Shown here piece by piece: positions 49,515-60,996 of a stretch of DNA of 64,000 bases. The DNA is taken from NCBI GenBank assembly GCA_038844785.1, contig JAWBRA010000002.1:38213-102212 (forward strand), read 5' to 3'. The DNA comes from Candidatus Caldarchaeum sp. GTDB lineage: Archaea > Thermoproteota > Nitrososphaeria_A > Caldarchaeales > Caldarchaeaceae. The notes beneath the pieces are model-generated. The model did no database searches, was not told the origin of the DNA, and was given only the letters and a program-made list of their open reading frames with translations. The position numbers were made by a program, and so were the translations under genes. Numbering within the stretch: the stretch's first letter is position 1; every line of letters begins with the position of its first letter.

Positions 49515-52484
49515 TTATCCGGTTTCAACGTATATTGCTGGTTTTAGGGAGGCTGAGTTCGCAGCTTTAACAGCCTCCATGCCTTGAAGAGCTTCTTCCT
49601 CAGCCAACACTTGGACGCCTATCTTTGTCTCCTGCTCCAGCAAAGCTGCCGCTTCCACAGCGATCTTCCTATCAAAAGACAGGATCTCCTCCAACAGTTC
49701 TTTAACGTCGCCGAAGCCCACGGTCTCTGTGTATTTTTTGCATTTTTCCTCCCAGTTTCTGAGGTGTTCGACTATTTTCGGCGCTATCTTCTGCCCGATC
49801 TTCAGCTTGTCTGGATATGTTTTGCTCAGCCATGACAAAGCCTCTGACAGAGAGGTTTTTAGCAGTTTTCTGGCGAAGGATGTCTTCCATTCGGAGGCTG
49901 TGAACAGCTTAACGCTCTTCGGCGTGCCCTTCACAATTCCGAGAACCTCTCTGACGTCAGACAAGATATCCTTGATCACGTCTTCGTAAACTAGGGAAAG
50001 AAGGTCTTCTTCCGAAAGTTCTTCCTCAGGCCACTTCTCAACGGATGCGAACCCTTGTTTACCTAATGTTTTCCAAGCCTCTTCTGCTGCGAAAGGTGCG
50101 AAAGGCGCGAGCATCAACGTCCATCCCTCGATAAACTTTCTTCCAGCAACGGTAACGCTGCCGTTGTTCCGCCTCGTCCACCATCTCCAAGAGTTAAGCA
50201 TTCCGTACACTACTTCGTTGCACGCCGTCCGAGTTTTCATCTTCTCAAGGGCTTCTGTAACCGTTTTAACTGAAATTTTCAAAGACGCAAGCAGCCATCT
50301 ATCCGCGGGGCCTTCTGAATTCTCCACGTCTCCCGAAACCCTTTGAACTAGGCCTAGAAAGTTCTGTATGAATTGTTCGGCTTCTTCAGCATTCTTGGTA
50401 CGCCAGTCCGGGTCGTCTAGGTCTTCCGAGCTCATCATCAAAGCTATTCTGGTGGCGTCGGCTCCATGCCTCTGGACGGCTGTTTTCAGAGCTATGAAGT
50501 TACCTTTACTCTTGGACATTTTCTGGCCCTCTATGTTTATCATGCCGTTCACGCTTATCCCCCGCGGCCAGTGCTGCGGCTCGAAGATGGCTGTGTGGTG
50601 GAAGAGGTAGAAGGTTAAATGGTTGGGAACAAGGTCTTTAGCTGAAACACGTAGGTCGACTCCGTACCAGTAAAGATATTCCCGCCGCATGGATTCAAGC
50701 AAGCTCTTGTCAATGTTGGTAGCCTTAGCTATCTTATCTGGGTCTCCCAGACCGAGGTACACGTAGTCGAAAACCTCTGGAGGAAGACGTGCCGCTGCAT
50801 CCACATTCTTGTTCAAAATCGCGCTGACCGTGTACAGGGCTGGATAGATTGTCGAGTCGCTGAGCGTCTCAATCTTCCAAGACGGGTCCCACGGCAGGTT
50901 TGTTCCAAGCCCGGTTTTACGGGTGCAAGCCCAGTCCTTAAGCCAATCCACGACGTTGACAAACCAGGCTCTCACAGTTTCAGGGTAGATGTTCATGCTG
51001 CTTATCAGGTTCTTAACTCTCTGCTTCCATTCAGCGTTGGAGAAAGTCAGGAACCATTGGTCTTCGACGATCTTTACGACGCATTCATCTCCAGACCTGC
51101 AGACAACTTTTCCAGCTAAGTCGTAGAATATGCTGCCGCTGTTGTTTTCAACCAGCTTGTCCTGCACGATCTTCCTAGCTGAGGATACTGGCAGCCCCTT
51201 AAGTTCGTCGACGACCATCACTCCGGAATGAAACTCTCTAGAGTATATCTCGCGGGTAACGTCCTCAAGCCTTTCATCCAACTGGTTTTTTATACCGATT
51301 TTTTCAACAATCTCCACTGCCGGAAAATCTCCAAAACCATCGACGTGGACGACTTTGATGGGTTTGATGGATGAGACGATGGATTTGTCCAGACCGAATC
51401 TTGACAACAGTTCAGGGTTTTCAGCCAAGTCTCTTAACGCCATGTAGTCGTATGGCGCGTGAGCCGGTACGCTATACACCACGCCAGTCCCTATTGAAGG
51501 GTCGACAAAAGTCGCGGGGAGAATCGGAATTTTTCTACCAGTAAGCGGGGCTGTTGCGGTTTTGCCGATGAGCTCTCTAGCGTGGATCGACCGCGAGACT
51601 ACTATGTTCTGCCATTGCTCTCTGAACTTCGTTATAGCTTCTCCGCTGATTAAAAAACTAAACCCATCCCTTTCTATAACAACATAAGTTGTTTCAGGGT
51701 TGAGCCAGAGATTTGTAACACCATAGACTGTTTCGGGCCTGAGGGTTGCTGCAGCCAGTTTGACTCCGTCGACATCGAAGTAGACGAGGGTGAATTCCTC
51801 CGGGTAAATACCCTCACCCCTAAGCCTGTCATGATCTCCTGTGGCGCTTTGGCAGCGTGGACACCATACCACAGGATGACGGCCCATGGCTACAAGCCCT
51901 TTTCTTCTCAAAACATCATACTGCCAGCGGATGAAGTTGCTGTAGTATGGATGTAGGCTTGTGGTGTAGAACTCTCTCGTCCAGTCGACGGACCAGCCCA
52001 TGGCGTCGACAACCTGTCTGTTTTCCGCCGTATAGTACGCGCAGATGAATTCCGGGTTCATGAAATGGTGCAGGAGCTCTTCAGGCACTCCATCCATCTC
52101 CACAAGCATTTTTTTAACCGACTCATCCCCTCTGCGCAATCTCTCGCTTGTTCCGGCAACAGCCTCCCCAGTCCAGTGCCACGCCCATGGAAAAAGAACG
52201 TTGAATCCTCGCATTCTTTTGTAGCGGGCTATCACGTCTCCCCGCGTGAAAGTGAAGCCATGCCCTAGGTGGAGAGGGCCGTTTTGGTATGAGTATGGGA
52301 CGCATATGAAGAACTTGGGCTTCGAGGGGTCTGGCTTTGCTTCAAACAGTTTAGCTGCACGCCATTCGGAAGCCCATCTTCTTTCGTACGGCTTGGGTGA
52401 GCTGATCCTATTTTCGCCTCCGAGCTTGAACCCTAGCTCAACAAGCTGGTCGGCGTTATTCGTCAAGCCGTTTTTAGTCTTCAC
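49515..52484 (-). CDS. leuS: Leucine--tRNA ligase (archaeal type)
   Basis: HLGH, TLRPET, VPAHAPYD, KMSKSKGN. Confidence 0.96.
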   Translation of the reverse strand: MKTKNGLTNNADQLVELGFKLGGENRISSPKPYERRWASEWRAAKLFEAKPDPSKPKFFICVPYSYQNGPLHLGHGFTFTRGDVIARYKRMRGFNVLFPWAWHWTGEAVAGTSERLRRGDESVKKMLVEMDGVPEELLHHFMNPEFICAYYTAENRQVVDAMGWSVDWTREFYTTSLHPYYSNFIRWQYDVLRRKGLVAMGRHPVVWCPRCQSATGDHDRLRGEGIYPEEFTLVYFDVDGVKLAAATLRPETVYGVTNLWLNPETTYVVIERDGFSFLISGEAITKFREQWQNIVVSRSIHARELIGKTATAPLTGRKIPILPATFVDPSIGTGVVYSVPAHAPYDYMALRDLAENPELLSRFGLDKSIVSSIKPIKVVHVDGFGDFPAVEIVEKIGIKNQLDERLEDVTREIYSREFHSGVMVVDELKGLPVSSARKIVQDKLVENNSGSIFYDLAGKVVCRSGDECVVKIVEDQWFLTFSNAEWKQRVKNLISSMNIYPETVRAWFVNVVDWLKDWACTRKTGLGTNLPWDPSWKIETLSDSTIYPALYTVSAILNKNVDAAARLPPEVFDYVYLGLGDPDKIAKATNIDKSLLESMRREYLYWYGVDLRVSAKDLVPNHLTFYLFHHTAIFEPQHWPRGISVNGMINIEGQKMSKSKGNFIALKTAVQRHGADATRIALMMSSEDLDDPDWRTKNAEEAEQFIQNFLGLVQRVSGDVENSEGPADRWLLASLKISVKTVTEALEKMKTRTACNEVVYGMLNSWRWWTRRNNGSVTVAGRKFIEGWTLMLAPFAPFAAEEAWKTLGKQGFASVEKWPEEELSEEDLLSLVYEDVIKDILSDVREVLGIVKGTPKSVKLFTASEWKTSFARKLLKTSLSEALSWLSKTYPDKLKIGQKIAPKIVEHLRNWEEKCKKYTETVGFGDVKELLEEILSFDRKIAVEAAALLEQETKIGVQVLAEEEALQGMEAVKAANSASLKPAIYVETG

Positions 52485-52495
52485 TGCTTATTAAT

Positions 52496-53092
52496 TTATG
52501 TTATGAACTGCCCGCCCTCTATGTCCGGCATCTCTTTTTTCAGTCTTTGCGCAGCTATCTCCGAAGCTTCTCTGAGGATGGCCTCCGCCTCCGGGTCGGA
52601 GACGCTGTAACCTGTGACAGTGTCAGAGACGGTGCCTACGCTGACTGAAAGGTCGTCCAACAGCTCTTGGACTCCGCGGAGGCCGTGCGAGATCTCAGGC
52701 ATGACGCCTCCGACATCCTTTTGGACGGCCATCACCACCGCCGCCACAGGGCCTATGACTTTCTTGATCTCGTTGTAGTCTTTGACGGCCTCAAGCCTTA
52801 GCACCACGCCCTCTAAAGAAGCCTGGCTCCTGACCGTAGCATGCATCATTTTTCGAAGCTGGGCCAGCTCGTTGGCGTAGACCGCAGCCCTTTCATTATC
52901 CTTCTCCATCTTTGCCTTAACAACCTGGTTGAAAAGCTCCCTTCCCCTCATCTGCATGGCACGGGCTTTAGCGTCCATCCGGTTCTGGATGGTCATCAGC
53001 CTCGTGACAATCTCCGTCAGCCTTTCTTCGAAAGGGGGTTTCGGCGGCTGCTTTTTCCGGAACAGTCCGAACATCTTCCTCGGCGCTTCCAA
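52496..53092 (-). CDS. ESCRT-III/CdvB (Snf7 family) protein
   Basis: RAAVYANELAQLRK, LEGVVLRLE, EAEAILREA. Confidence 0.85.
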   Translation of the reverse strand: MEAPRKMFGLFRKKQPPKPPFEERLTEIVTRLMTIQNRMDAKARAMQMRGRELFNQVVKAKMEKDNERAAVYANELAQLRKMMHATVRSQASLEGVVLRLEAVKDYNEIKKVIGPVAAVVMAVQKDVGGVMPEISHGLRGVQELLDDLSVSVGTVSDTVTGYSVSDPEAEAILREASEIAAQRLKKEMPDIEGGQFIT

Positions 53093-53221
53093 CCACCGAT
53101 GGTTAAAAAGCCTGTCGCACGACTAGTTCGAGGATGTTTCCCAGGTAATAACCTAGGATGTCAGAAGAAAAAAGGAATGGATATGTTGGGCGCGTCACTC
53201 ACGACTGTTTTCTATCTTGTT

Positions 53222-53533
53222 GAGCGGCCGCTTAACCATAATATTGGATGGTTGGTTTGTATTTCTTTCTTCTTGGTTTTTCCTTAGTATTCTGTTGCGG
53301 TTGGGGTGTTTATCCCTGTTGGAGAAGGTTTGACAACATCTACTACAATACCATTCCCCCCTGCAATAATTTGGCTGACGGCCTGAAGGAATAAACAAAG
53401 GCTCCCCATGCTCTTTACAGCTGAAATGTGGTATTCCGTTATTCTAACCTCTCTCCCGTCTTTAGCCTCTAAATAAAACAGCGGTTTATACATACCTCCA
53501 TCCTGCTTCAATGTCATATCTCCCCCAACAACA
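53222..53533. repeat. Dispersed L segment, copy D (inverted; ORF frameshifted)
   Basis: Begins GAGCGGCCGCTTAACCATAAT; reverse complement of copies B and C. Confidence 0.9.
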
Positions 53534-53639
53534 TAGTCTCCCTAGGGCTCTGTTAGCTTAAGCCATTTTTATTATCTTTTTATGTTGTTCGTCTGGTGTG
53601 GTGTTTCTGGCTGGGTGGTGTGTGGATGGGGTTTAGCCG

Positions 53640-53870
53640 TCTCCAGACATGCTTTCTTCCCACATGGGAGATAATCAAGCTTTCCGTCCTGTCCTTGAGC
53701 ATCTGTATGCCGTTCCTAGTCCATGAAAGCCTGAATGCTAGGGTTCTTTTGCTGTAAGGCTCTTAGGCAACCAAGACCCATGCCATGAGGCCTTTAACCA
53801 TGACAGCAGCCTCACCCACAAGGAATAGGGATACCCTGCACCTGGCCCTGAACACCCACCTGAACCCCGG
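53640..53870 (-). mobile_element. IS6-family transposase remnant
   Basis: WVLVA*EPYSKRTLAFRLSWTRNG resembles the archaeal IS6 DDE region. Confidence 0.5.
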
Positions 53871-54039
53871 GGAGCCTCTGAACCCACTTTGGTGTGTTGG
53901 ATAATTCTTGGTTTACCCTCATCTATATGCTTTCATGGTTTTGGGGGTGGTGGCATTGTTGTGTAGGTATGCCTTCCACTCCGTCTCCCTGACCATGCTA
54001 TCTCATCACCTAGACATGACGTATTCTTGAATGTCCTCT

Positions 54040-54352
54040 TTATGGAGGAGAAGGTTGACTCGCCATCCATCTGTAGCCGTAACTCTTGTCCGACCTCCAC
54101 CTCCTGTAATCCATCCGCTCAACTACAGCCTTCCACTGGATCTGCGTACTCCTAACCCTAATCCCCACATCTATCTTCCTCCCGTCCAAGTAGTTGAAGC
54201 TGGCTCTAGTATCATATCCCCTGTCCCCAAGGACTCTTACTAGCCTGCACCTCTCTAACGCCTCATCTACCAGCGGTTTAAGCATCCTTGAATCCTTCAC
54301 CTTTTAGCGATACTATCTTTATATCGACTGATAGATGGAGCTTCAGGTATCC
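54040..54352 (-). mobile_element. IS5-family transposase remnant
   Basis: GYLKLHLSVD, DSRML, GDRGYD, W...GY..RW; possible end GGGCTCTGTT at 53545. Confidence 0.65.
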
Positions 54353-54563
54353 AGCTAGACCCCTCAGACATCACAGCCAGCCTGTCAATCTCCTGGATCG
54401 CACGCTTAATTGACTCGGGGTCTTTAGAGGGCTTCATCCTACGCTCCTCCTGCTCCACAACAGCCTCAACATATCGTCTAAGTAGCTCGCTCCAGTTTAT
54501 ATGGCGGAGCCTGTCTATCCTAGCTTTAAGCCTCTTATCGACTCGGAAGCTTATGACGCTCAG
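54350..54563 (-). pseudogene. RHH (VapB-like) antitoxin truncated by the IS remnant
   Basis: SVISFRVDKRLKARIDRLRHINWSELLRRYVE; no toxin follows. Confidence 0.6.
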
Positions 54564-55044
54564 ATGCTCCGTAATACATTACTGTTTAATAAGTATTACA
54601 AACTATCACGCCAACCCAACTATGGCAGAAAACCGAGCAGGAGAGTTTTCAACCATCAAAAAGATGCGTGGAAAGAACCGCTGTCCAAGCCCGCTTCGGT
54701 CCAAAAAATTTGATTTTGTTAACAGCAGGACAAACAGCAATGCTTTGAAGATGTGTTGTTGCCGTTGGAGAAGACTGGCCTAAAAGCGAGAGACACGTGT
54801 CCACAACTGGGGACTAACCCTGGTTAGACGTCAGAAAAATATGATTGCAGCGTCGGGGATTTTTCTGCCGAAAATCGGCTTGCACGCAAAGGTGTGAAAT
54901 TGTTTTTCTGAGCTACCGTGTTTAGAAAAAAGTGATTGTGATGCGTAGCGGCAGAGAAGCTTTTGATCGTTCTGTTTCCATCTTCTGGACGTTGGTCTGC
55001 AATTTTTACGTAATGTTTAAATATTGTTTACGTATTAACACAGC

Positions 55045-55371
55045 ATGGTTAACCTCACCGTCTCCCTATCTAGGGAGGTGCTCGTGAGGCTTCGTCGGGT
55101 GGTGAAACAGCGTTACGGGTCTAGAAGAGGGGCTCTTTCAGGACTTGTCGAAGAAGCTCTTACGGAGCTTTTGGACCGGTTGGAACATCCCCCACCATCC
55201 CAAACATATCGAGCTTACAAAGGTGAGAGGCTGGTTGCCGAGGCAGAAAGCTTGGAACAGCTTTCACATGAGCTCAAAAAACTGGAAGTAGACCCAAGGT
55301 CCGTACGCATCATATCGTCCACTAGGCTCAAGGCTGTGGTAAGAGCTGGGCTTAGGGCGCGGGAAGTTTGA
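55045..55371 (+). CDS. RHH DNA-binding domain plus small C-terminal domain (DUF5678-like)
   Basis: NLTVSL...LSGLVEEAL; YRAYKGERLVAEAESLEQL. Confidence 0.7.
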   Translation: MVNLTVSLSREVLVRLRRVVKQRYGSRRGALSGLVEEALTELLDRLEHPPPSQTYRAYKGERLVAEAESLEQLSHELKKLEVDPRSVRIISSTRLKAVVRAGLRAREV

Positions 55372-55760
55372 GCGGCTTCATAAATTCAACCCCAATCATC
55401 CAGCTGTTCTTGGAGAACCCGCTGTTGGCTAAGAGATACCCTGTAGAGGGTTATGTGGCAGCCGTGGTAGACACGGGATATGAAGGCTTCCTCGCCGTAC
55501 CTAACAAAATATTCCATGGACTTGCGTTAGACCGGCTCCATCAAGAGCGAAGGACTGTAATGCTTGCAAACGGAGTTCTATTGACCTCCACAGGAACCTA
55601 CGCGACAATACATTTACTAAACCCCGACTTAAAGCTCGACGGTTTCGTGGAAACATATCCAGGCCTAGATGAAATCCTAGTTGGAACCGAGATGCTGACA
55701 AACCTCAGGATAATTCTAGACTACTGCACAAAGAGAATGAGGCTAGCAAAATGCGTTTAA
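55368..55760 (+). CDS. Clan AA (retropepsin-like) aspartyl protease
   Basis: AVVDTGYEG, LANG, ILVG; start overlaps the upstream stop. Confidence 0.82.
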   Translation: MSGFINSTPIIQLFLENPLLAKRYPVEGYVAAVVDTGYEGFLAVPNKIFHGLALDRLHQERRTVMLANGVLLTSTGTYATIHLLNPDLKLDGFVETYPGLDEILVGTEMLTNLRIILDYCTKRMRLAKCV

Positions 55761-56079
55761 TGACGAAGCAAATATTTAGTGTAGTTAACGAAGGTGTTGT
55801 GTTAACATTAGGCTGAAGTCTGCAAGGATTGTTTCACCTGTATCCGTTTTCTCAAGTCGTTTCCCTAGCGTCTCCCAAAATCCAGACCATCAGAAAAGAC
55901 ATATAAAACTAGTAACGCGAAACATAACGTCTTGAGCCTTCTAATAAAACAACCTCGACCCAGGCTCCATCGTGACACCGTTAGATGGCGTTGCTTAGGC
56001 TGCCTGTTGGTTTGGGGAAATAAAACCATGCTACTGTTAACGGTGTGTTTAATACATTCCTGTTTGACTGTTTAATAGC

Positions 56080-56883
56080 TTGAGCAGGCTTAAACTGGAG
56101 GCTAGCCCTTCTCTGAAAAACCCGCTCACCGTAATCGGGTTTGGCGGATGGGCTGATGCGGGAAACGTCTCAAGCCTCTCCATCCTCTACTTGAAAGAGT
56201 CTGAGAACGCGGGCCGTCTCGGCTACATCGATTTAGATGATTTGGTCGACTACACGGCTCACAGGCCTTACGTCACGATCGAAGGCGGGTTCATCAAACA
56301 GCTGCAGATGCCTTCGTTCGAAATACATTACGCCGTAAAAAACGACAGGGATTTGATTCTTCTCAACGGATACGAGCTCAGCCATGGATGGAGCGAGTTT
56401 ATCTCAGCTCTCTTCGAGCTGATGGATACTTTCGGGTCTTCGACTTTAGTCACCATAGGCGGGCTGATAGACAACACACCGCATACAAAGCCGTTGAGAA
56501 TATCGTTTCTTACGACGAGCCAGCGGCTTTACGCACGATGCATGGCTCAAGGCCTCAGACCCTCAAACTACACAGGCCCCGCCTCGATGCACAGCTACAT
56601 GATCAAGAACAGCGGTGAAAAAGGTTACGAGGCGTTGTCGATATGGGGTCATGTCCCCAGCTATCTCAACATCCCTAACCCCAGCGTCATCCTCGCAGTC
56701 CTCGAAAAACTCTCCTCAATCATGGAGATACAGCTAAACCTCAGCAGGCTTTACGTCGAGTCAGCCATCTTCGAAGGCAAGGTCAACACGCTCGTCGAAA
56801 ACGATGAAAGACTGAAGGAAATCGTCAAACAGCTTGAAAAGGAATACGACGAGCAGGAAAACCGCCCATCATACATTGATTGA
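56080..56883 (+). CDS. PAC2 family (proteasome assembly chaperone-like) protein
   Basis: GFGGWADAG, DY..RP, PHT.P, WGHVPSY. Confidence 0.85.
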   Translation: MSRLKLEASPSLKNPLTVIGFGGWADAGNVSSLSILYLKESENAGRLGYIDLDDLVDYTAHRPYVTIEGGFIKQLQMPSFEIHYAVKNDRDLILLNGYELSHGWSEFISALFELMDTFGSSTLVTIGGLIDNTPHTKPLRISFLTTSQRLYARCMAQGLRPSNYTGPASMHSYMIKNSGEKGYEALSIWGHVPSYLNIPNPSVILAVLEKLSSIMEIQLNLSRLYVESAIFEGKVNTLVENDERLKEIVKQLEKEYDEQENRPSYID

Positions 56884-57099
56884 GCTGGGGCGGAAGCTGT
56901 CAAAGCTTTTAAACAATCTACATAGCCTATTCTCAGGTAGAGTGATGGTTGCCGCTGACATGTTCATTTTCCCAACGGTCGTGACTGTGTCAAAACGGTA
57001 TGAAGGCAGTTTCAACGCCGACGTATCTTCGCAGCCGAATAAAGCGGTCAAAACAGACTTGGATTGGTTCAAATACGGCGTAAAAGGTGAACGCCTATT

Positions 57100-58242
57100 G
57101 TGTTGCTAGCTCATTTAGCTGACATACATTTAGGCTACAGGCAGTATGGGTTGCTGGAAAGAGAGGAAGACGTCTACCATGCATTCGGTGAGGCTGTTGA
57201 TAAAATCATCCAAGAACATGCGGAAGCCGTGTTGGTCGCAGGCGACTTTTTCCACAGCCCGCGCCCACCGATAAGAGCGCTGTACCACGCCAAGCAGGAC
57301 ATAGAAAAACTCAAGACACGTAAAATCAAAACCTACTTCATACTCGGAGACCATGACATGCCGCGGAGACTAGGTGAGTGGAACCCAACAGCCCTGTTCG
57401 CCGATGACTATTTTCTGCATCTGAAAAACAGAGCTGTTCAAGTGGAGTTAGGTGGGAAATCAGTGGTTCTCGCAGGGATTGATAAACAGCCTACTCAAAT
57501 GGTTGACGAGGCCCGGGAAACATTAGCCAAGCTGTCGAACGAAGTCAAACAACATAGAGCGAAAGCTGTATTGATGGCGCATGTCCAGATACGCGGCGGA
57601 GCCGACGAGCTGACGGCCAACGACCTGCCTCAAAACTTCGACTACTACGCCCTCGGCCACGAACATGTGAGGAAAATCTTCAGATGAGGCCAAGGTTTTG
57701 CGGCTTTCCCAGGCACTGTCGAGATATACAGCCGTGACGAAGTCGAAGAATGGAGAACGAACGGCAAAGGATTCTACCTTGTCGACATGTCCGGAGAAGA
57801 ACCAACAATCCATAACGTCAACCTTGAATCTGTAAGGCCTCAAGCTGTTTTCGAGATCGATTTCTCACAACCTTTGGACGCGGTCTTTGACTGGGTTAAA
57901 AACAACTTGCAACCCAAACCGCCAATCCTGCATCTGGCTGTGAAAACCGAAACACATGAAACAAGAAACATCAGCGAGATAGTTGATAGGCTGAGACGGC
58001 TTGGCTGCCTTGAGATCCGTTACCGGAGAATCCCGCCAGAAAAGCCTCCGATAGACGTAACCCATTTTGACCTCACACGATTCAACATCGAAGAACTAAT
58101 TAGGGTCAGCGCATCACAGACAGGGCTGTCGACTGAAGAAACCGAGCTGGCGATACAGCTCTACCGAATGTTCCGAACATCCGGCGAAGAATCCGTCAAG
58201 GAATACGTTGTGAAAAACATCCTTGAGACTCGTTCACCATGA
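57100..58242 (+). pseudogene. mre11: Mre11/SbcD-like nuclease split by a frameshift near 57685
   Basis: ADIHLG, AGDFFH, GDHD, ALGHEH; continues in another frame FPGTVE...KGFYLVD. Confidence 0.85.
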
Positions 58243-60649
58243 GGTTCCACGAAGTCTATCTTAAGAACTTCGTCTCCTACCAAGAAGCGTCTGTCAGGTT
58301 TCCCCTTGGAGTAACAGCCATCGTCGGCGACAACGGCGCAGGCAAGACAACAATCCTCGACGCCATAACATACTCAGTGTTGAGAAAGCACAGCAGAGGT
58401 GTTGTGGAAAACCTGATAAGAAGAGGTGCTGATCGAGCACGGGTCTCTGTTTCTTTCTCCGTCAAAGAAAGAAAATACAGAGTTGAGTGGGCTCTGCAGG
58501 AGGTAAGCCAGCGTCAGGCAACCTCCTGGACTTAGCCAGCGGCAAACCACTAGTCAGACCAGGCTCCGGAGAAAGAACAATACTGCCAGAGATAATGAAG
58601 ATAGCCGGCTTAGATGTTCTCGCCAAAGCCATCTACGTTGAGCAGGGGCAGATAGCTGAGCTTATTCAGGCCGCGCCAGCTCAGAGGAAGAAGACAATAG
58701 GCCACATGCTCGGCATAGACATGTTAGAACAATTTTGGGAAGCGATGAAAGAACCCTGCAACATCGTCCGCCAGGAGATCAACACATTGGCTGTGCGGAC
58801 ACAACTAATAGACGTAGTCAAGAAGCAGCTCAGCGAAAAACGACAGCAAATAGCTAGTCTTCAAGAAACCTTAACGAAAACGGCGGAAGAAGCAGACAAA
58901 ACCAAGCAGGAAGTAGAAAGCCTGAAAGCTATGGTCAGCCAGCTGGAGGAAAGAAAGAAATCCAGCATAACTATAGAGAAACAGATACTCGAGCTGCAGA
59001 CAGAGAAACAAACCATGCAAAGCCAGCTCAACAGCTTGGGTGAAAAAATCCAAAGGATACATTCCGCCCAGCAAGACCTAGTAAGCAGCAAGCCCAACAT
59101 AGACAAAGTTGAGGAAAGCCGTCAACTCATCAGCCCAGCTGCAAACTCTCCAGAAAAGGCTTGAAGAACAGAAACAGCTAAGAACCCAGCTAGAGATAAA
59201 CAAAATCCGGTTAGACAGCATCGATGAAAGGATACAGGAAACCCTAAGCACCTTTTCCCGCGTAACAGGCAAGGCCGCAGACGTCTCCAACATAGCTGAC
59301 CTCTACAAAACCCATCTCCAACAGCTACACCAGGAAAAAACTGACATAAACTCATAGATTGAATTACATCAAAAACCCAGTCAATGTACTCACGTTTTAG
59401 AAACTTGACAGTTCCTGTCTTGCTGGTTGCGTCAGGTGTGCTCTACCTGCTATCAAACAACGCTCTATATTCGTTGACGCCGCTAGGGTTAGCATTCGCA
59501 AGCCATGCAATCCTATTTCGTGCGGTGAACAAAGCGAAACAACAGGTGAGCCAAGAACGGCAACGTCTGGAAAGCCTTTTGAACAAAAAGTCACAGCTCG
59601 AATCACTGCAGATAGAAAAAACAATTGAACAAATCCCAGAGTATCAAAAGCTTGTGCGAGAAATCGAGAGAATAGAGGAATCGCTTAAGGATGTAGAGGA
59701 AATTGAAGCTGAGTGTAACAGGGTTAAACAGCAAATCCATGAGAAAGAAATTCAGCTTGAGCCGCTTGAAAAACATGTGGAAAACTATCTGAAAGCTAAA
59801 GGGGTGCTGGCGCAGGAAGGCCTCAGCGCTGAGGATGCGGCGACCCTTCTAGAAAAGCTTTGGACAGAGAAAAAATCTTTAGAAACAGCCGTCAACGATG
59901 TTGAAAACAAGCTGACAAACCTGTTGTCGCGGAAACAATTGTTGAGCTATGATGAGGAGGTTTATAGGTCTACGGTCCAAAGGCTTGAAGAAGCACGGGA
60001 GACAAAAAACAACCTAGATAACAAGATAACAGAGCTGCGGACCACGATAGCACATCTCCAAGAGGAATGTAGAAGACTTGAGTCAGAGCTGGCGGCCTTG
60101 ATGCAGGATAGGCGGAAGCTGGAGAGGCTGGAAACGAGGCTTGCGGTGTTGGAGAAAATCCGCCAAGTTTTCCACAAGGACGGCCCTCTGCAGAAAATCG
60201 TCAGGAAACAAGCTGCATCCGCTTTCGAAACGGCGGCCAAAGCATTTCTTCAAGAATTCGGCCTCCATTTCACAGACATTGAGATAGACGAAGAGTTCAA
60301 CGTCAGCGTTCACGGCAGGTATGGAAGACAATCCCTTGAAACCCTCAGCGGCGGCGAGAAAATCGTCGTCGCACTCGTCCTCAAGCTTGCAATAGCAAGC
60401 TCCCTCGCGGGACAAACCCTCGAATCAATCATAATGGACGAGCCAACCATCCACCTCGACCCAGAAAGAAGACGCGAGCTAGTCGAAGTTTTGAAAAACT
60501 TCCGCGGAGGAGGACGCCTCATCCCCCAGATAATCGTAGTCTCACACGACAGGGAACTCGAGGAAGCCGCAGACCAAGTATATGAAGTTGTCTTAACCGA
60601 CAAAGGGTCTGTAATAAGGACGGAACAACAACCATCAACCGAAACATAG
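58239..60649 (+). pseudogene. rad50: Rad50/SbcC-like SMC ATPase in four ORF pieces
   Basis: GDNGAGKT, YVEQG, coiled coil, LSGGE, MDEPT, VSHD. Confidence 0.85.
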
Positions 60650-60996
60650 CAACACTCCTCCAAGCAAAGATAGCCGGCACCATAACATGCTTACACGAAT
60701 CAACCATTAACACGCAGTGCTAACCTCGTAAAAATTGCACCTCCCACCCCTCGATAGACTGAAACTACATTTATTGAGGAGAAGCTGCATACAGTTCTAA
60801 CCCAAATCAGTTAGAGAACCTTAACACCACGTTAAGGATTTTGCTAGACAATGGTTTTAAAACCATAATGAAGACGTAACAGAAACCCCTGACACAGCTT
60901 GAGACATACATGAACAGCGAATAGCAGCAACGGTTCAGAAATGCTAGCCTACAAGAACATTTTTAGCCATGGTTGTTGAATGACGAGGGGATAGGG

